Source: Podarcis tiliguerta
Lineage: Eukaryota
Length of the DNA stretch: 64,000 bases
Direction: 5' to 3' (one strand)
Assembly: GCA_965153285.1 (NCBI GenBank)
Contig: OZ229115.1
Shown piece after piece: positions 12,823-27,149 of the stretch (the first letter of the stretch is position 1; the number at the start of each line of letters is the position of its first letter). Position numbers and translations under genes: made by a program. Under the pieces are notes generated by a model, which was not told where the DNA came from, did not search any database, and saw nothing but the letters and a program-made list of their open reading frames with translations.

Positions 12823-15394
12823 AATGCAGGGAGTGCACCAGGAGGGAGGTTATGGAATGAGGGAGGAGTGCCTGTCTTCAGACCGGGGGGTTGGGCTTTT
12901 AAGGTTCTGAAGTTCTCCTTGACAGGGTGGAGCTTTGAGGTCATCTGGTGACAAAAGCTTAAACGGCCTTTGCTCTTTGCCCTGCCTTGCCACCTTCTCC
13001 TTGGGATCCGGCATCAGACCAGACCAGGACATCATGCTTGCAAGCCACACAGCAACATGTCAAAATGGACTCTGCCTTGTTCATCAAGACTTGTGTGGAA
13101 GTCCTCAAAGGCCCACAACCCATTTCTACCAGCCTGCCCATCCACAGTGCTCCTGCGTAAAGAGCAGCCCAGGAGGTGGTCTGGCAAGCCGCTAGCCCCC
13201 CTTGTTCCCGGCAGGCATGTGGGGCGAGCCTGAGAAGATGCTCTTATTCAACACTGCCCTATTATTTCTCACAATAGCAGGGATTAATTCTCAGAACAAA
13301 CAGAGCTTTGCCTCCATTCTGAAGTGCAGCGATTTGTTAAACCCAAGGCAGTAGTGTACACAGCTGCAAAATACATAATTTCTAATTAATGACTTGTTTT
13401 ATGGCACTGTGCATACATCAGCTGAAAAGCAGTCCCTGCTCTGAAGAATTTATTCAGTGCACACAGATAAAGGGCGAGATGGGGCGGGGAGTCTGGGCTT
13501 TGAGGGCACCGAGAGGTAAGTGACTTGCTCACTGTAGTGCAGTAATTCAGCTTCAAAGCTAGGGAAAAGCACCGAGATATCAAGACTTCAAGGAGATCCT
13601 GGCTGCTGATCCACAATCTTCAAACAATCTTCAATGACTGCATTTATGCGGTGACAGAAGTCTTGGCAGCCGATGCCTTCATTCTTTAAGACACACTCAG
13701 ACTATATAAGGACCTTACAGCTTCAGTCAGTGCCCTCCATCCTTCCTATATAAGGGCCAAAACAGACGGGCAGTGCAGGAGATCTGTCAAACAGGATCTC
13801 TCATGCGTTTTTAAAAGTCTTAATAATACTCAAGGGCCCTACCAATTTGGATTGGAGGGTTAACCTCTCCCGCTGCACCAATTTTCTGATTAAAATCAGC
13901 CCCTGAAGTTTCTATTTCGCCCAGGAAGGCAAATATTGTTGTATCTGTTGTTTCACCATCCAGTATCCCTAACGGAAGCTTTGGGCGGGGCTAATCAATG
14001 CCAATAAAGGATATGATATGTGAGATTTGGGTTAACCCATCCCCCTCAGTACTACTGCCTGAATCCAAGTGTGAGTGTGGAGCTGCTTTTAAATAGGGGG
14101 GGGGGGAGACCTTCATTGTATTACTCACATGAAGAGGGCTCCACAAGTACACGGGGCTTCACTGATGGACTTGCCTGCAGGGTTGTAAACTTAGGAAGGT
14201 ACCTTATACAAAGTCCTTGGGTCCAGCCAGCTTAACAATATCTACACTGACTGCCAGTGGTTCTCCAAAGTTTCAGATATGGAAAGCTCTACCTGGAGAT
14301 ACCGGGGATTGAACATGAGGCCTTCTGCATGCAAATATGATGCTCTTCTCCCAAGTTATTTCTCTTTCCCTGACTGCGCTGGATCAATGTGTGGATTTCT
14401 GTGAGATGTACACACAGAGAACATGATACCCATAGACTTCCATGGCATGGGGGACATCTGCACTGCTGCAGACTTCAGTGCGCAACACATGACATCAGGG
14501 GCTGGGCCCCACACACCTTGTGCTCATGAACATGAAAAACACATGAAGGGGGCTAAGGACACCAAGAGAATCGAGTATTGATCTGCCACACCTAGGTTGG
14601 GCTCTAATGTTGCCTCTGCTTGGAAATGACCAATCTGACTGCTACATCACACACCATTTTGCTCAGTGTATTGTGCATCACTTCCCATTGATTTTATCTG
14701 CAGCCCCCCATCTGCATTTTCCAATCCAGTTTAAATTTGATTGTTTAAAATTATTTGGGGTGTTCCAACTAGAAATGGAAAGGTGAGATAGAAATGCACT
14801 GATAGCACAATCACATCTCCCCCAAACAGCTTTCCAGTAAAGTCCACAAAAGTTATTTTTACTGGCCCACCTCCCAGTGCCTAGTTATGTGATTCATTTC
14901 TGGTACATGAGGCCATAATAATTTTTTTAAAATGACTCTTTTTCCTAGTTATTTGGTTTGTTTCACTGGATGCTTGTTTTCCTAGTTGACCTGAAGGGGA
15001 TTCTTACTGAAGGTCACCAGGCAAGCCTGCCTTCATGCCTAACCTGAAAGAACAGAAACGTCTCTTAAGCTCCAGAGGAATGCCGCAAGTGCATTGTTGC
15101 TACCAACACTCATTTCAAGTTTGCTGAAGACCAGCAGTGCTTTGTGGCTGTGCACCCTTGAAGCAACCCAGTATAGTAGCAGGCATGCACTTCCTTTCCT
15201 CCCCTAGAATCAGTTCAATTCCCAAGGCAAATGTGGGGAAACAAAGGCAATGGGAAAACACTCATTTTATTAATAACAACCTGTTTAAAATATCAAGGCA
15301 GTATACAACAACCAGTACAATAAAACATAACATACCACAAATACAACGACAAAAATGACAGGCTTATATTGTGGCATATATAGCTCTCCCTGTT

Positions 15395-15545
15395 CCACTT
15401 AATCCTTGCAACAACCCAGTGAAGTGGGTTGGGCTGGGAGACTGTGACTGGCTCAAAGTAACCCAGTGAGCTTCATGATCACGTTAGGACTAGAATCCTG
15501 GTTTCCCAAACCTGGGTCTGACACCCTAACCACCATGACGCACTA
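15395..15545 (-). mobile_element. Degenerate CORE/MIR-like SINE
   Basis: Similar to the 262-493 copy (caacaacccagtgaag...gtgactggctcaaagtaacccagtgagcttcatg). Confidence 0.6.
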
Positions 15546-15563
15546 CATAAGCCTGTTGGTATA

Positions 15564-15805
15564 CAGTGGTACCTCGGATTACATATGCTTCAGGTTACAT
15601 ATGCTTCAGGTTACAGACTAATCCAGAAATAGTGCTTCAGGTTAAGAACTTTGCTTCAGGATGAGAACAGAAATCGTGCTCCGGCGATGCGGCAGCAGCA
15701 GCAGGCCCCATTAGCTAAAGTGGTGCTTCAAGTTAAGAACAGTTTCAGGTTAAGAACGGATCTCCGGAACGAATTACCGTAAGTACGTAACCTGAGGTAC
15801 CACTG
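15564..15805. mobile_element. Tc1/mariner (Tigger-like) MITE
   Basis: TIR cagtggtacctc / gaggtaccactg, TA flanks; near-identical to copies at 23942 and 57744. Confidence 0.9.
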
Positions 15806-17147
15806 TAAAAGGGTCTTCAAAAGATGTCTTGAAACTCAGTCATGAAGATGCTTGCAGAATCTCTGTGGGAAGAGTGTCCTACGGCATGGAATCAGTCGGG
15901 CCTCTGTAACGTGGAGGACCTGCCCTACATCATAACAACTGGTTAGGATTTGGGGACTTGAAATATTCAGATGAGGTCATTTTGGCTGCCCCTCTGAGAT
16001 GCCAAGGTCAGCCAGTGTTCCATCTCTGGCTCACCCTCTGATCTGTCAGATGAGCTTGGGCAGACAACACTGCCTTTCTTGCCTTTGTGGGCCTCCTTGC
16101 AAACTGGGGGTCATAATGCAGCTGCCCACTGCCATGATGCGTGGTTCATGGAAGCAACAGGCTGTGACATCCTCAGGCAGCATCAACATTATTAAAATTT
16201 AATCCAGCATCACACAGAACCTTCTTTTCTTCAGACTACACATAGCGAGAGGCCAGACGGTGCCTCTCTCTTTTCCCCTCCAAGCAGAAACAAGAGAAAG
16301 GAAAGAAGATTAAAAAAGGAAAATATAGGGAAGGGTTGTAAGCCTATGGAAACTTTGTTATCCGTTGACATTAAAGCCAAAAGCAACTAATTAAACCACC
16401 ATCAAAGTCAGATGTTTTATTAGCTCAGCCTTGGAAAATCTTGGCAAGGGGCAGCGGCAAAGTCAGCTCCCATGACCAGCTGGAACACAGCATCTCTACC
16501 TGATCAGAACATCACCTGTGGATGTTCAGAAAGCAGAAAAAGGGGGGGGGAGAGATATGGGCAGCAGTGTTGCAGGGATAATAAGCAATAGCAGCCCAGC
16601 CTCACTGTGGTTAATCCTGATAAATTTTGTTGCAGACGGAGGAGATATAATCTCCTGCTTTAGGGTCTGAACAAGCATTTAATTATTAGGCAGTATTAAG
16701 GATGAAACTATTATGGGTGCAGATTATCTCACATATGCCCTCTGCCTCCCTATGGGACACTGATGCTTAGCCACCACCAGAGATATGCTACTTAACAGAT
16801 CAAAAGTCTCAGGCAGCCTGTAAATTCTTCCTATCCACTAAAAAACCTCCTTCTGCTCACCTCTGCAGCCTGAAACAGTTTGTCATTTCATCTCAAGATG
16901 GCCACCTGAACAGTGCCGTTGCTGTACCCATACATCCCCTCTGCTCTGTTCTGACGAAAGCACAGATACCATTGCTCTGAAAGCCAATGCTCTTGCAACC
17001 TGAATATTCATCTGTGACAATCCATGATCAACCCCTAGAAAGGCTTGGGTCAGAGGGCTAGTCCAGACATATTATCTTCTTTCCAGAGAACACCAACCAT
17101 GCAAGAATAATATTTGAGTTAGAATGCGGAAATCCACATACGCGTAC

Positions 17148-17194
17148 CTAACATTTTTCACAGGTATTTCTTCAGAGGAGGAAAAAATGCTGCC
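17148..17194 (-). other. Candidate 47-nt exon of the minus-strand host gene
   Basis: ctgat...ttgtttccag|GGCAGC...AATGTTAG|gtacgc; CpGs retained just after the donor; unique sequence. Confidence 0.35.
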
Positions 17195-17975
17195 CTGGAA
17201 ACAACCCCAATCAGGTGGCAATGAGTAATAAACTACTGTTGTCAAAAAGAAAGAATACAACAATAAGGTATTACTGTATCTCTCCAGGGACACATCCATT
17301 AAATATCCACTACAACCAATCAGACAAGAGATGGATGAAAGCAGAAACATCTCAGCAAGCAGTGTTATCAGCTGGCAAACTTTGCCAAGACTCCCTGAAA
17401 GAAAAAATCCCAGAATGTAAGGCTTGTGCACTAAGAGTCAAATTATACATGATGTGGCAGATCCGATATAATGGATCTCCTGTTGGTTTGGGGTTTACTT
17501 TGACACAGTCATATGGGGCTACAAATTTGATCACAGCAGTGGCACAGCAGAAGGGGATGTTTAACCCTTGTCTGTGCTTCTTCCCCAACAAATACCCCCC
17601 TCTTGAAGCTGCTGTTAACCCCACAGAGGGAAAACTAGAGGCATCTAACCTTATTGCACCACGACTAAATTCCACTGGTAGATGCGCACAGCAGAACTGT
17701 GGGAAGGATGACTGCAGCACTGGGTCACAAACTGACACCTTAAAGGAATGAGCAATCTATATCAACCGAGCTTTAAGCACGTAATATTGGTTGATTTTAA
17801 AATGAGGGTGTAGTTTGTTAGAACATCTGCCCCACTTGGGGAATACAGAACACCCCTGTTACCATAGCAGATGGTTCTGAGTATAACCTCACCACCACAC
17901 CCATCAGAGTGAAAGCAATAAAAAAAACTAAATTCCTTTTCACAGTAGTAATGCTGTGCTTCTGAGCATCTACAC

Positions 17976-18115
17976 CAGGCATAAACAAACAAACTCAGCC
18001 CTCCAGATGTTTTGGGACTACAACTCCCATCATCCCTGACCACTGGTCCTGTTAGCTAGGGATGATGGGAGTTATAGTCCCAAAACATCTGGAGGGCTGA
18101 GTTTGCCTACGCCTG
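17976..18115. mobile_element. Palindromic hAT-type MITE
   Basis: Almost entirely self-complementary, cagg...cctg ends, 8-bp TSD atctacac (17968-17975, 18116-18123). Confidence 0.9.
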
Positions 18116-19523
18116 ATCTACACTACATTGCTGAAGATTTGGGTGGAGTAGGCCAGGGAGGCTAACTAGTGGCCCCTACACATGTTGTTGCACTGTAACT
18201 GACAACAGTCCTTATCACTGGCCATGCTGGCTCAAGGGGATGGGAGCCCAAAGCTTAGCCAACCTTTGAGTAGATAAACTGCCTGAAAAAGGACGTTTGT
18301 ATCATCTGAAAGGCTAGAATGTCACATAAACATCAGTACTGAAGAGCGTTTGTGACTATATTATAGACAGACACTATGCCAAATTAGACAATACAAGAAA
18401 TGTGTGATTCACACGTCTTTTCATTTTTAAGAAATGGCAGGCACATGCAGGGGGTGTGGTGGGGATTGTACTCCCATCAGGATTGGGATTTCTTTTCTTA
18501 GTACCAGATATATATTTTTGCTAGCTGTGGAACACTATTAACAAAGCAGGGTAAGGGAACTGTGGAGAGATTTTATGCCAGACCAGCATCCCCAGGGCAA
18601 AGTAATGATGTGTCTTATTGTAGTAAGTTATTATAGTATTTTCTGAGAGTTTAGCAAAGAGCTCTATATTTAATTGTTGATCCTGTGCCCAAAATGGCCT
18701 TAGTATCGCCAGCAACGCCCAGAAGCCAATCTCGCTTCATCCCAGAAAGGTTTTGCTCATGTAGTATTTAAGGGCTTTGCTCATGGCCACTCAGGGCAGA
18801 GAAAGGGCGCAGCGGAGGGTTGGTATACTATATACAAGTGCTCACTCTCTGAAGCTTAAGGCTGGACAAAGCCTATCCCTTCCTAAACCTTACCCCTCTC
18901 CCTTTATCATCTAACCTTGGCGGGCAAATTCCTCCCCAAGGTATAGAATTTAGCAGCTTAGGGCTGCTTCCATACTGGACATTTAGTATGGCATCACCTT
19001 GTATTGTTTGTTCATTCATTCGTTCATAGATATAGATATGACATACATTTCCACATGACATTGTACTCTACTCTTTCACTTTCAACCCTTATGTATTTTC
19101 CCAGTGCTTCTTCCTTTTTCTTTCCCCTCACAACAGAAAATCCGACTTTTTTCGAGAAGAATGTTTAGACACATCATGCCCTTAGTGATACTGCTCCATC
19201 TTTTCAAAGACAGGTAAACCTGTCACATATTCACTGTAGCCTTTGCTATAGTGGTCACCAGTTTATATACCTGCCAACATTTTAAAAAATTATCTTTGAA
19301 TTAGCACTAAAATTACTTTCCAGTTATTTTTTAAAAAATAAAAATATTAGCAAAACCATGCATATATTATAAAGTGTTATAGCACTATAACACCATAATG
19401 CACATTTTAAAAAGACAGAAACCTTTCCAGTCGGCACCAGCAGCATGCCCCCCCCCCCAATTAAACACTTCCAATCTACACTGCTAATTCAAAATAAACA
19501 TTAAACATTCTGGGATTTTAGGT

Positions 19524-19526
19524 TGT

Positions 19527-19581
<55 letters not shown>
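19524..19581. repeat. Compound (GT)n(GA)n microsatellite
   Basis: Direct reading. Confidence 0.95.
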
Positions 19582-19584
<3 letters not shown>

Positions 19585-20001
19585 TAAGGTGCAATCAAGC
19601 TTAAATTAATAAGTACTTAGTGTGAAATAAACAATTGATTTTCATTTCATTTTGAAACCCCAAATGGCTGTTCAGGGGCATTAGAACTTCCCCTTCTTCA
19701 CCCACAGGAGCAATGTGGGGGAGGGGGGATCTCGTGGGGGATCAACATACAGTAAAAGTTCTATATTCTGCATAGTGTGGAAAGCCAATTGCACTTGAAT
19801 AGTGATTCATTAGCATCCCTCTGGAAGCAGCCAAGGCTTAGACCAGAAAGAAACCAACTTTGGTCAAAGGCTCCTTTTGAGGAACCCAGCTATAATATCC
19901 AGACTCAACACCGTTCTGTGAGTTGAACACACACTTTCCTGCCCCCTCCCCAATAATTACCCCTACCATGTATAAGTGGCCATATCAGAATTTGGTACTG
20001 C

Positions 20002-20425
20002 CAGGGCTGGATTTAGGTTTGATGAGGCCCTAAGCTACTGAAGGTAATGGGGCCCTTTATATGTCCAGTTGTCCTTTGTCAACACCAATTTGTCGCTGTT
20101 TTTTGTGTTGAATATATGGTAATTTATGGACCTAATGGATAACTAAAGCCACTTGCACATGCAGAAGTAAGGCACCCTATATATAGAAATGAGCATACCA
20201 GTGATATTTTAGGGAGTACGCCAGCAGGCAAAGCCCATTACTTACATCATAGGAGCCTACACAACACAAAACACTGTTGCTGTATGTAGGTTTTATTTTA
20301 TTTGTTTTTTATCTTAAATTTTGGAAATGTACATCCAGGTTTTTTCCTTTAAATTTTTTTGGGGGTCCTAAGAGAGTGGGACCCTAAGCTATAGCTTGTT
20401 TGGCTTATATGTAAATCCAGCGCTG
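20002..20425. mobile_element. hAT-type non-autonomous DNA transposon
   Basis: TIR cagggctggattta / taaatccagcgctg; 8-bp TSD ggtactgc (19994-20001, 20426-20433). Confidence 0.88.
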
Positions 20426-22757
20426 GGTACTGCACACACAAATGGTGTTGATGCAACAATTCTGAAGCTTCAGTGCAAATGAGAACAAACTGCAGGGAGG
20501 AGGGTGGACCAATTGATCTGAGTGCCCTCCCTAGCAGCAGCATTGGTGATAAACTCTGCATGGCTTCATTGTCATCCTATAGTGCCCCAGGGCAGTTCAC
20601 TAAAGGCTTCTTCACAGCTATTTCTGACAGCATAAAAGCTGGAGCCGGACCCTGGGACAGGGGGAGGTACACTAGCATCCCAAAGGATCTGTGAAAATGT
20701 CAACAGGGGAACAGTAATTCTCAAAACATGCACTTACCTGCTGAAGGAAGGAAGCCAAATATGTATGAAACATAATCAAAAGAACCAGGACCTCTGCATT
20801 TAAAAGCAGTCCCGATATATCTTTTGAAGAACAACTATATAATGAACTGTATGCTATTATTACTGAAACAGTGAGGTAGGGTCATGATTTACATTCTATT
20901 TGAAAATTTCATCTATGAACTGCAGCAAATATCTGAAAGCTTCTGACCCAGCACAGCTAGAAGGGTAGAAAACCAATTTGTTACAGCGCCATGTGATATA
21001 TTTAGTGGCACCAAATTTATTACAGGGGCAAGTGAAAGTGCAGGGACAAAGAGGATAAATCATTGAACCTCAACAAGCCAACAACAGACTTAGTGAGACA
21101 GGACAGCAAGCGGGACAGTGAGAGCCCCTCTCCTGAAGAGGGTTCACAGCTACTATTATCAATAGGAGTAAAGGCATGCCTTTCAACCTTTGGTTAGACC
21201 ATCTGCCCGGTCCTTTAGATACCATGGATGAACAACGTTTGGCAAAAACAAAAACAGGAAGAAAGAAAACATCATCACTTGCGGAAAATGTTTTGCTTCA
21301 CCAGGCATTTTAGACAATTAACTTGACTCAATGCTAGTTATTTGTTCTGTATTTTATGATCTTATGTTGTTATGTTTAATTATAGCACCATGATATTTTG
21401 ATGGATATTTTTAAATATTAGTTTATAAATAAACTTATAATTAAAATAAATAAATAAACAAAATCTAGCTTGTAACAAAGTTTCATAGCCATGTCAAATA
21501 CATGCATAGGCCAGCAGTTTTGTCGCTTTTCCCTTTGCTGTTGTTCCATTATTTATCATCATGCACTTCCATGACACGTGATAAAGTGCATCCTTTGCAT
21601 GCAGGGCAGTGCCAGGTTTAGGGTGGTATGGACAGTTCCCCTGTGCAGGGCACCAAGCTGAGGGGGTGCAAAATTGTGTACTTGAGAGCGTGGGTACAAT
21701 GAAAGGGAGGGCTCTTTGACAAACTTTGTTCCAAAAAGAATTATTGCGAAAATAATAAATATGTAGGGGGTTTGCAATATTTTGACCTCACTAAAGTTTG
21801 CCCCCATGCAGAAGTTCAGGTTCAATTTCTGGTACTATTGGATAAGGTTGCAAAAGACCCCAGCCTGAAAACCTGGTGGGTCACTCTCACAACATATTTG
21901 TGCTAGATGAATCAATGGTCTGACTTGGCGGAAGACTATTTTCTATGCTCTTCATGGAAGTAGTTTTCTAAAATCGGAGGTACTTTTTATTGGCTGCACA
22001 TCCTCAGTATAATACAGAAGCTAGACTTCTGGGCTTCAAAGTGGAAACCTCATTCAAATGCCCCTTAGCTATGATGCTCCTCAGGCAAGTCAGTCAGATT
22101 GTTCACTCTCAATTCCATATTAAGGTTGTGGTGAGGAGTGCGTGTCTGAGGTCCTTGAAGGAAGGATAGGATAAATAGAATAAAAGGGATAGGCACTCTT
22201 CTGAACACCCTGCCCTCCAAAAGAGATGGGAAGGATCAAACTTCAGCTGTGCACAACATTAATTTTTTACTTCAGAAAAACAAAATCCACAAGACATTCT
22301 GGGCATTTCCAGACTATCACTATTTTCAGGTGGGACCCAGTTGCAGAATTCTAGTTGACTGGGAGGACTGGTGCAACAAGCTAGCTTTCCCAAAAGACTG
22401 GACTTTCTGCAATGAGGGTTGTGAGAGGGAAATGCGCTAGAGTGTGTGGGGCAACACTTGCTTCAACACAACATTCTCTAACCTCCCCACAAACCAATCA
22501 GAGCGAAATGTTCAGTAATCGGGTCATCTGGAAGCACCCCATGTGAACAGGTGCTATTTCTCTATAATTTTTAAAAATAAATGCTTCACTAATTAAAGAG
22601 AAAGAATGGGATGAGGAATAAAGCAAGGCTTCCATCCAAGTCAGTCGCTAAAACGGTACCTGTGCCATTTTGCATCTCCTCCATGAGGCACATGCTTTTC
22701 TGTGGGAAAATTGGGAAATTGATGATTGTGCCTTCTCCTTGCTAATATCAGACTGTA

Positions 22758-22993
22758 GAGTCATACCTTGGGTTACAGATGCTTTAGGTTGCATGTTTTC
22801 AGGTTACGGATGCACTGAAATCCGGAAGTAGTGGGATGCGTTACTTCCGGGTTTCGGCAATCGCGCATGTGCAGAAGCACTAAAATTGTGTTTTGTGCGT
22901 GTGCAGAAGCGCAGAATCACAGCCCGCACATGCGCAGACACACACGGATCATGTCTCCCACACGGATCACATTCGCAACCCGAGCATCCACTG
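22758..22993. mobile_element. Older Tc1/mariner-type MITE
   Basis: Degenerate TIRs gagtcataccttgggtt / aacccgagcatccactg, TA flanks. Confidence 0.6.
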
Positions 22994-23941
22994 TATACAA
23001 ACAAGACAAAAACACCAGTGGCTGTTGTATGTTCTACAACCCTCACACAGCCAGCCAGTTAACCATCCCAAAAAATGTGTGAATTGATGTCATAGTGACA
23101 GACACCCTACAACCAACTTTGTCAAGTGAATGTATGCATGGCATTTGAAATAGGAGGCCAGCTAAACACTCCATGCTGCACCAATAGCACACAGAGGGTT
23201 CACAGAAAGGTTTTCCAAACTGTAGTGCTTGGTATCTCTCTCACACAGATAGAATTGCAACATACAGTGAAGCTTATTGTTGTGCCACAGATCAAGGCAA
23301 AGAGTGTACCACTACGTTTGTTCTTGGCTCCCTTGATGGCTTAACTCAGATTTCCCACAAAGTAGTGAGAGACTTGAGATCTGAGCAGTTTCCCCAGTTC
23401 TTCAAACAGAGGTGGAATCCCTTTTGTGGAGGGATGTCACACCCTCCTGGAAGAGAGAAAAAGAGGGCATCTGTGTTACCCTCTAGGCTATCTGGGTGAA
23501 TTTCAAAGCTCAAGTGTAAATCGGAGGGAAGTAAAATGTTAATCCCAGCTCACCAACACTCCACAGTCCTGGAAACACAGCTTGCTATTGTATTTTCTTC
23601 AGAGGACTAAGGAGTTCTAACTTCAAAGCCATCTTATACTTCAGAGAATGACCCACTACCCATAGCGCTGCTGGTGTGTTTCAAACCCAACCTATAAAAC
23701 CTAAACCAAGGGAACCACAAGTTATATTCCATGCAGGCACTAGATGCAGAAGATATACTTATGCAGATGCCTTTCCATTTCTACCGAGGAACTGCAGCTC
23801 CTGCTAGTTTTGCTACTGCACTACGCTATGAATATCCATGGGATCAGGCTGCATTCAGATGTGGGGAATATTGCATTAGTTTCCCTGGCTATGATGCTAG
23901 AGCTCCTGTCCCATTTTCTAATGTTCTTTTTGACCAATATA

Positions 23942-24167
23942 CAGTGGTACCTCGGGTTACATACGCTTCAGGTTACAGACTCCGCTAGCCCAGAAATAGT
24001 ACCTCGGGTTAAGAACTTTGCTTCAGGATGAGAACAGAAATCGTGCTCCGGCGGCGCAGTGGCAGCATGAGGCCCCATTAGCTAAGGTGGTGCTTCAGGT
24101 TAAGAACAGTTTCATGTTAAGAACGGACCTCCGGAACGAATGAAGTACTTAACCTGAGGTACCACTG
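23942..24167. mobile_element. Tc1/mariner (Tigger-like) MITE
   Basis: TIR cagtggtacctc / gaggtaccactg, TA flanks. Confidence 0.9.
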
Positions 24168-24169
24168 TA

Positions 24170-24667
24170 CCAGCAAGGACTGCCTCTCCCCATATGAACC
24201 TACCTGGACCCCGAGATCATAATCCAAGGCCCTTCTAGGAAACGTAACAGACTGACTGTCATCTGTTGGCAGCTTGCTCATGGAGAACATTATAAGGTGA
24301 TGGATTATAGCCAGAAAAAACTTGACTATCAAAATCACTCTAGAGATACGTGTGGACAGGGTGGCAACACAAGAATGGGGCTTTTCTGCAGTGGCTGCCC
24401 TGTTTGTGGAATGCCACCCCTAGGGAGGTTCAGGGGCCCCTTTCATTATACACCTTTAGACGCTAGACAAAAATGTTCCTCTTCAACCAGGCCTTTGGCT
24501 GGTTATCTTCCAATACCCTTTTAAACGTGTTGTGGGAAGAGGGGTTATTTGTTTGGTCTGTTCTGGTTTGTATTATTTGTGTGTGTCTGTTATCTTGCAA
24601 TTTTGTGTTGTGAACCACCCTGGGATCTACAAATGAAGAGTGGCATACAAATTTAAATAATAATAAA
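24170..24667 (+). mobile_element. Degenerate L2-type LINE 3' fragment
   Basis: ORF2-end remnants (ggcttttctgcagtggctgccctgtttgtggaatgcc), tgtgaaccaccctggg...aaataataataa tail. Confidence 0.6.
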
Positions 24668-27149
24668 ACCAGTTGGTGTGGTGTGACAACAACATTGAAC
24701 AATTCCCCCACTCTTCTTGCACATGCGTGCTTCCATTCCCTCATGATAACAGCAGGAAAGAACCGTTCGCCAGTATGGAGCCCCAAGTTTTATCACTTTA
24801 ATCCTGCAATTCTGAGGATTATGGAGGCTGCAAACAGGTTTTTTTTTTCCTGGAGTCAAGTAACATGGAAATGTTACACAAAACATGTGCTATGTTCCAT
24901 TAGATTTCTTGGAAGTGGCTTTTATGCCATGTGGAAGTTGAAATATAATGTGGAATTTAACCTATGGGGAAGCTTTGGGAAAATGGAATAAACTGCTATC
25001 TGAATGCAGCCAGAATCATCTGTACTCTGAGCATTCTGACTTGCAGGGAATGGGGAGATTCCTTGCCCTTGGCTTGCTGACAAGTGGCTTTGCAGAAGAC
25101 TGCTCAAATCCTTTCTGCTCGCTATTTCACACCTTTACTTATGTCTAAAAATAACATTGCACGGAAGGGGTTTGTTTTGCTGTTTTGCATAGTGAATGAA
25201 AACAACAAAATGACATTTAGGAGATATTGTGCAGGTGGTGGGGATTCAATCCAGATATTCAACAACGCTCAGACCCAACGCTTTCATAGAGATAGTAAAA
25301 GATCATTCCCTCCCCCACACACAAACATTCATAGGTGTGTGGATGATTCACCTCGATGTTGTGGGTTTCTGCCCCCTCCCTCCCTTAATATGACAGGGTG
25401 GTGCAAACAGGGAAGTAAAATTAATGAAACACATCAAAACCCTATTGAAAAGAAAATCAAGCAGCATTACCCTATAGAGAGCTGCAATTCAGCCTGAGTC
25501 ATACTTCTCAACCAGACCTTCATATTGCAGAATAGCTTCAGCACCCCAAGTTCCCTCCAAGCAACCAGCATCCTACTCTTGAGTATTCAACAGCCTCAGC
25601 TAATCAACCCTTTCTTGGCTCTCCTCCCATCTCTGTCACTGCACCTCCATTCTGATTTTCTGACTTGTAATAGCCTTCATTTAATTCTAAGGCTAGATTT
25701 GCACACTCTCTGGCTTGCGACAGCCTTCATTATTCCAGCCTTGCCCCACTGCACTCCAACTTTACCACAGAATTACTGCCCCACTTTGGGAGAGGGCTGT
25801 GGTTCCATGATGTGAATTGCAACCTGCGAGAGGCTCCTTCTTCAATCCCTGAAAAATCCAGTTAAAAGAGCACAGGAAAGCCTGGGCAGGGAAGATCTCT
25901 TGGGAGGCTGGACACACCAACAATAGGACTGAGGCTCTCAAAAGGCAGCTCCATATTATCTTTTTGTATTGTGCACACATTACTGTTTTCCCTCCTCTAT
26001 CCTCCCTGCACAGTGAGTGGTGTTAGGTAGGGCTGAGCTATGCCATGCAAAGCACCATGGCTGCCCGTTACTCTGAATTCACACCAGGCAACAGAAACAG
26101 CTAAAAAGTCCTCTCCCTGCACTTTTAGAGGGAGCGGAGATTTATGTTTTTAGCTGCTGAACAAAATCACGCTTTAACGCTTCTCTTCCCTGGGCTCTAT
26201 TGAAGGCAGGCACTCCTAAGGCATGGTAAATGCAGCACACAGGTCTGAGATCACAGATGGGGAACCTGCAGCTCTCCAGATCTAACACCCATCAGCTGAA
26301 GCTGGCATGACCAATGGATGCTGAAAGCCAGCAACACCTAGTGGAGGTTCCTCACGAGCAAGGCACACTTGGAAAGGAAATGGGAAGGGAGGCAAACAGG
26401 AGGAACAGAAACCATTTTTACCCCAGTGACAATTCACTAGCAGATGGGAGTTTCCCCCAAATGAGGTTGTGCTTTCCCCCCACCTGTCAGGAGACTGGCA
26501 AAAAGTCAAGACAGGATTGCCTTGACGCTAATGGGGAGGGGGAGAACAGGGTGTGCTTCCATCTGCTACAGCCATTTGGCAGCCCTGATTACCAACTGTG
26601 TCAGACTGCAGGGGTTCTGCACAGCTACCCATAGGAGGAGTCCCTGGTGTCAGCTGCTCGGAGGGGGGAGGGAAGAGGAAGAGAAAGGGGAGATCTCTGG
26701 GGAGTGCGGAAAACACCATGCAAAGACACACACACACACACACCAGGATCCTATGCAAGAGTACTACAAAGTAATCCCAATGAGCTTAATTGGATTTACT
26801 TCCAGGTAAATGTGCAAAGGATTGCAGCCTTAAACCTTTTGGGGCGAGGTGAGGGGTGGAATTCTCTTCAATAGTTACTTAAGGATGTGGCTGCTGCCTC
26901 TAAGCCCCCTCCCCAAATCTTTGAATAAAGATGGTAGGACTAACACGCTTTGTGGGGGACACAGAAAACGTAACGCCACTTGGAAATAAAAAGCATTGCT
27001 ATATAAACACTACACACACACACTTCCATTTCCTCCGTTGTTTATTGCCTCAAAAGACACACAGCACACGCCCGCCCTGCTCTTCTAGATTACTTAACGC
27101 AGATGCCTACAGAACTCTCACAACTAGGGGAGTTAAGGAGTAGGAAAAT

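Noticed and set aside
17215-17751. 178-aa plus-strand ORF
   Set aside because: Non-ATG start, no recognisable motif, antisense to the inferred gene
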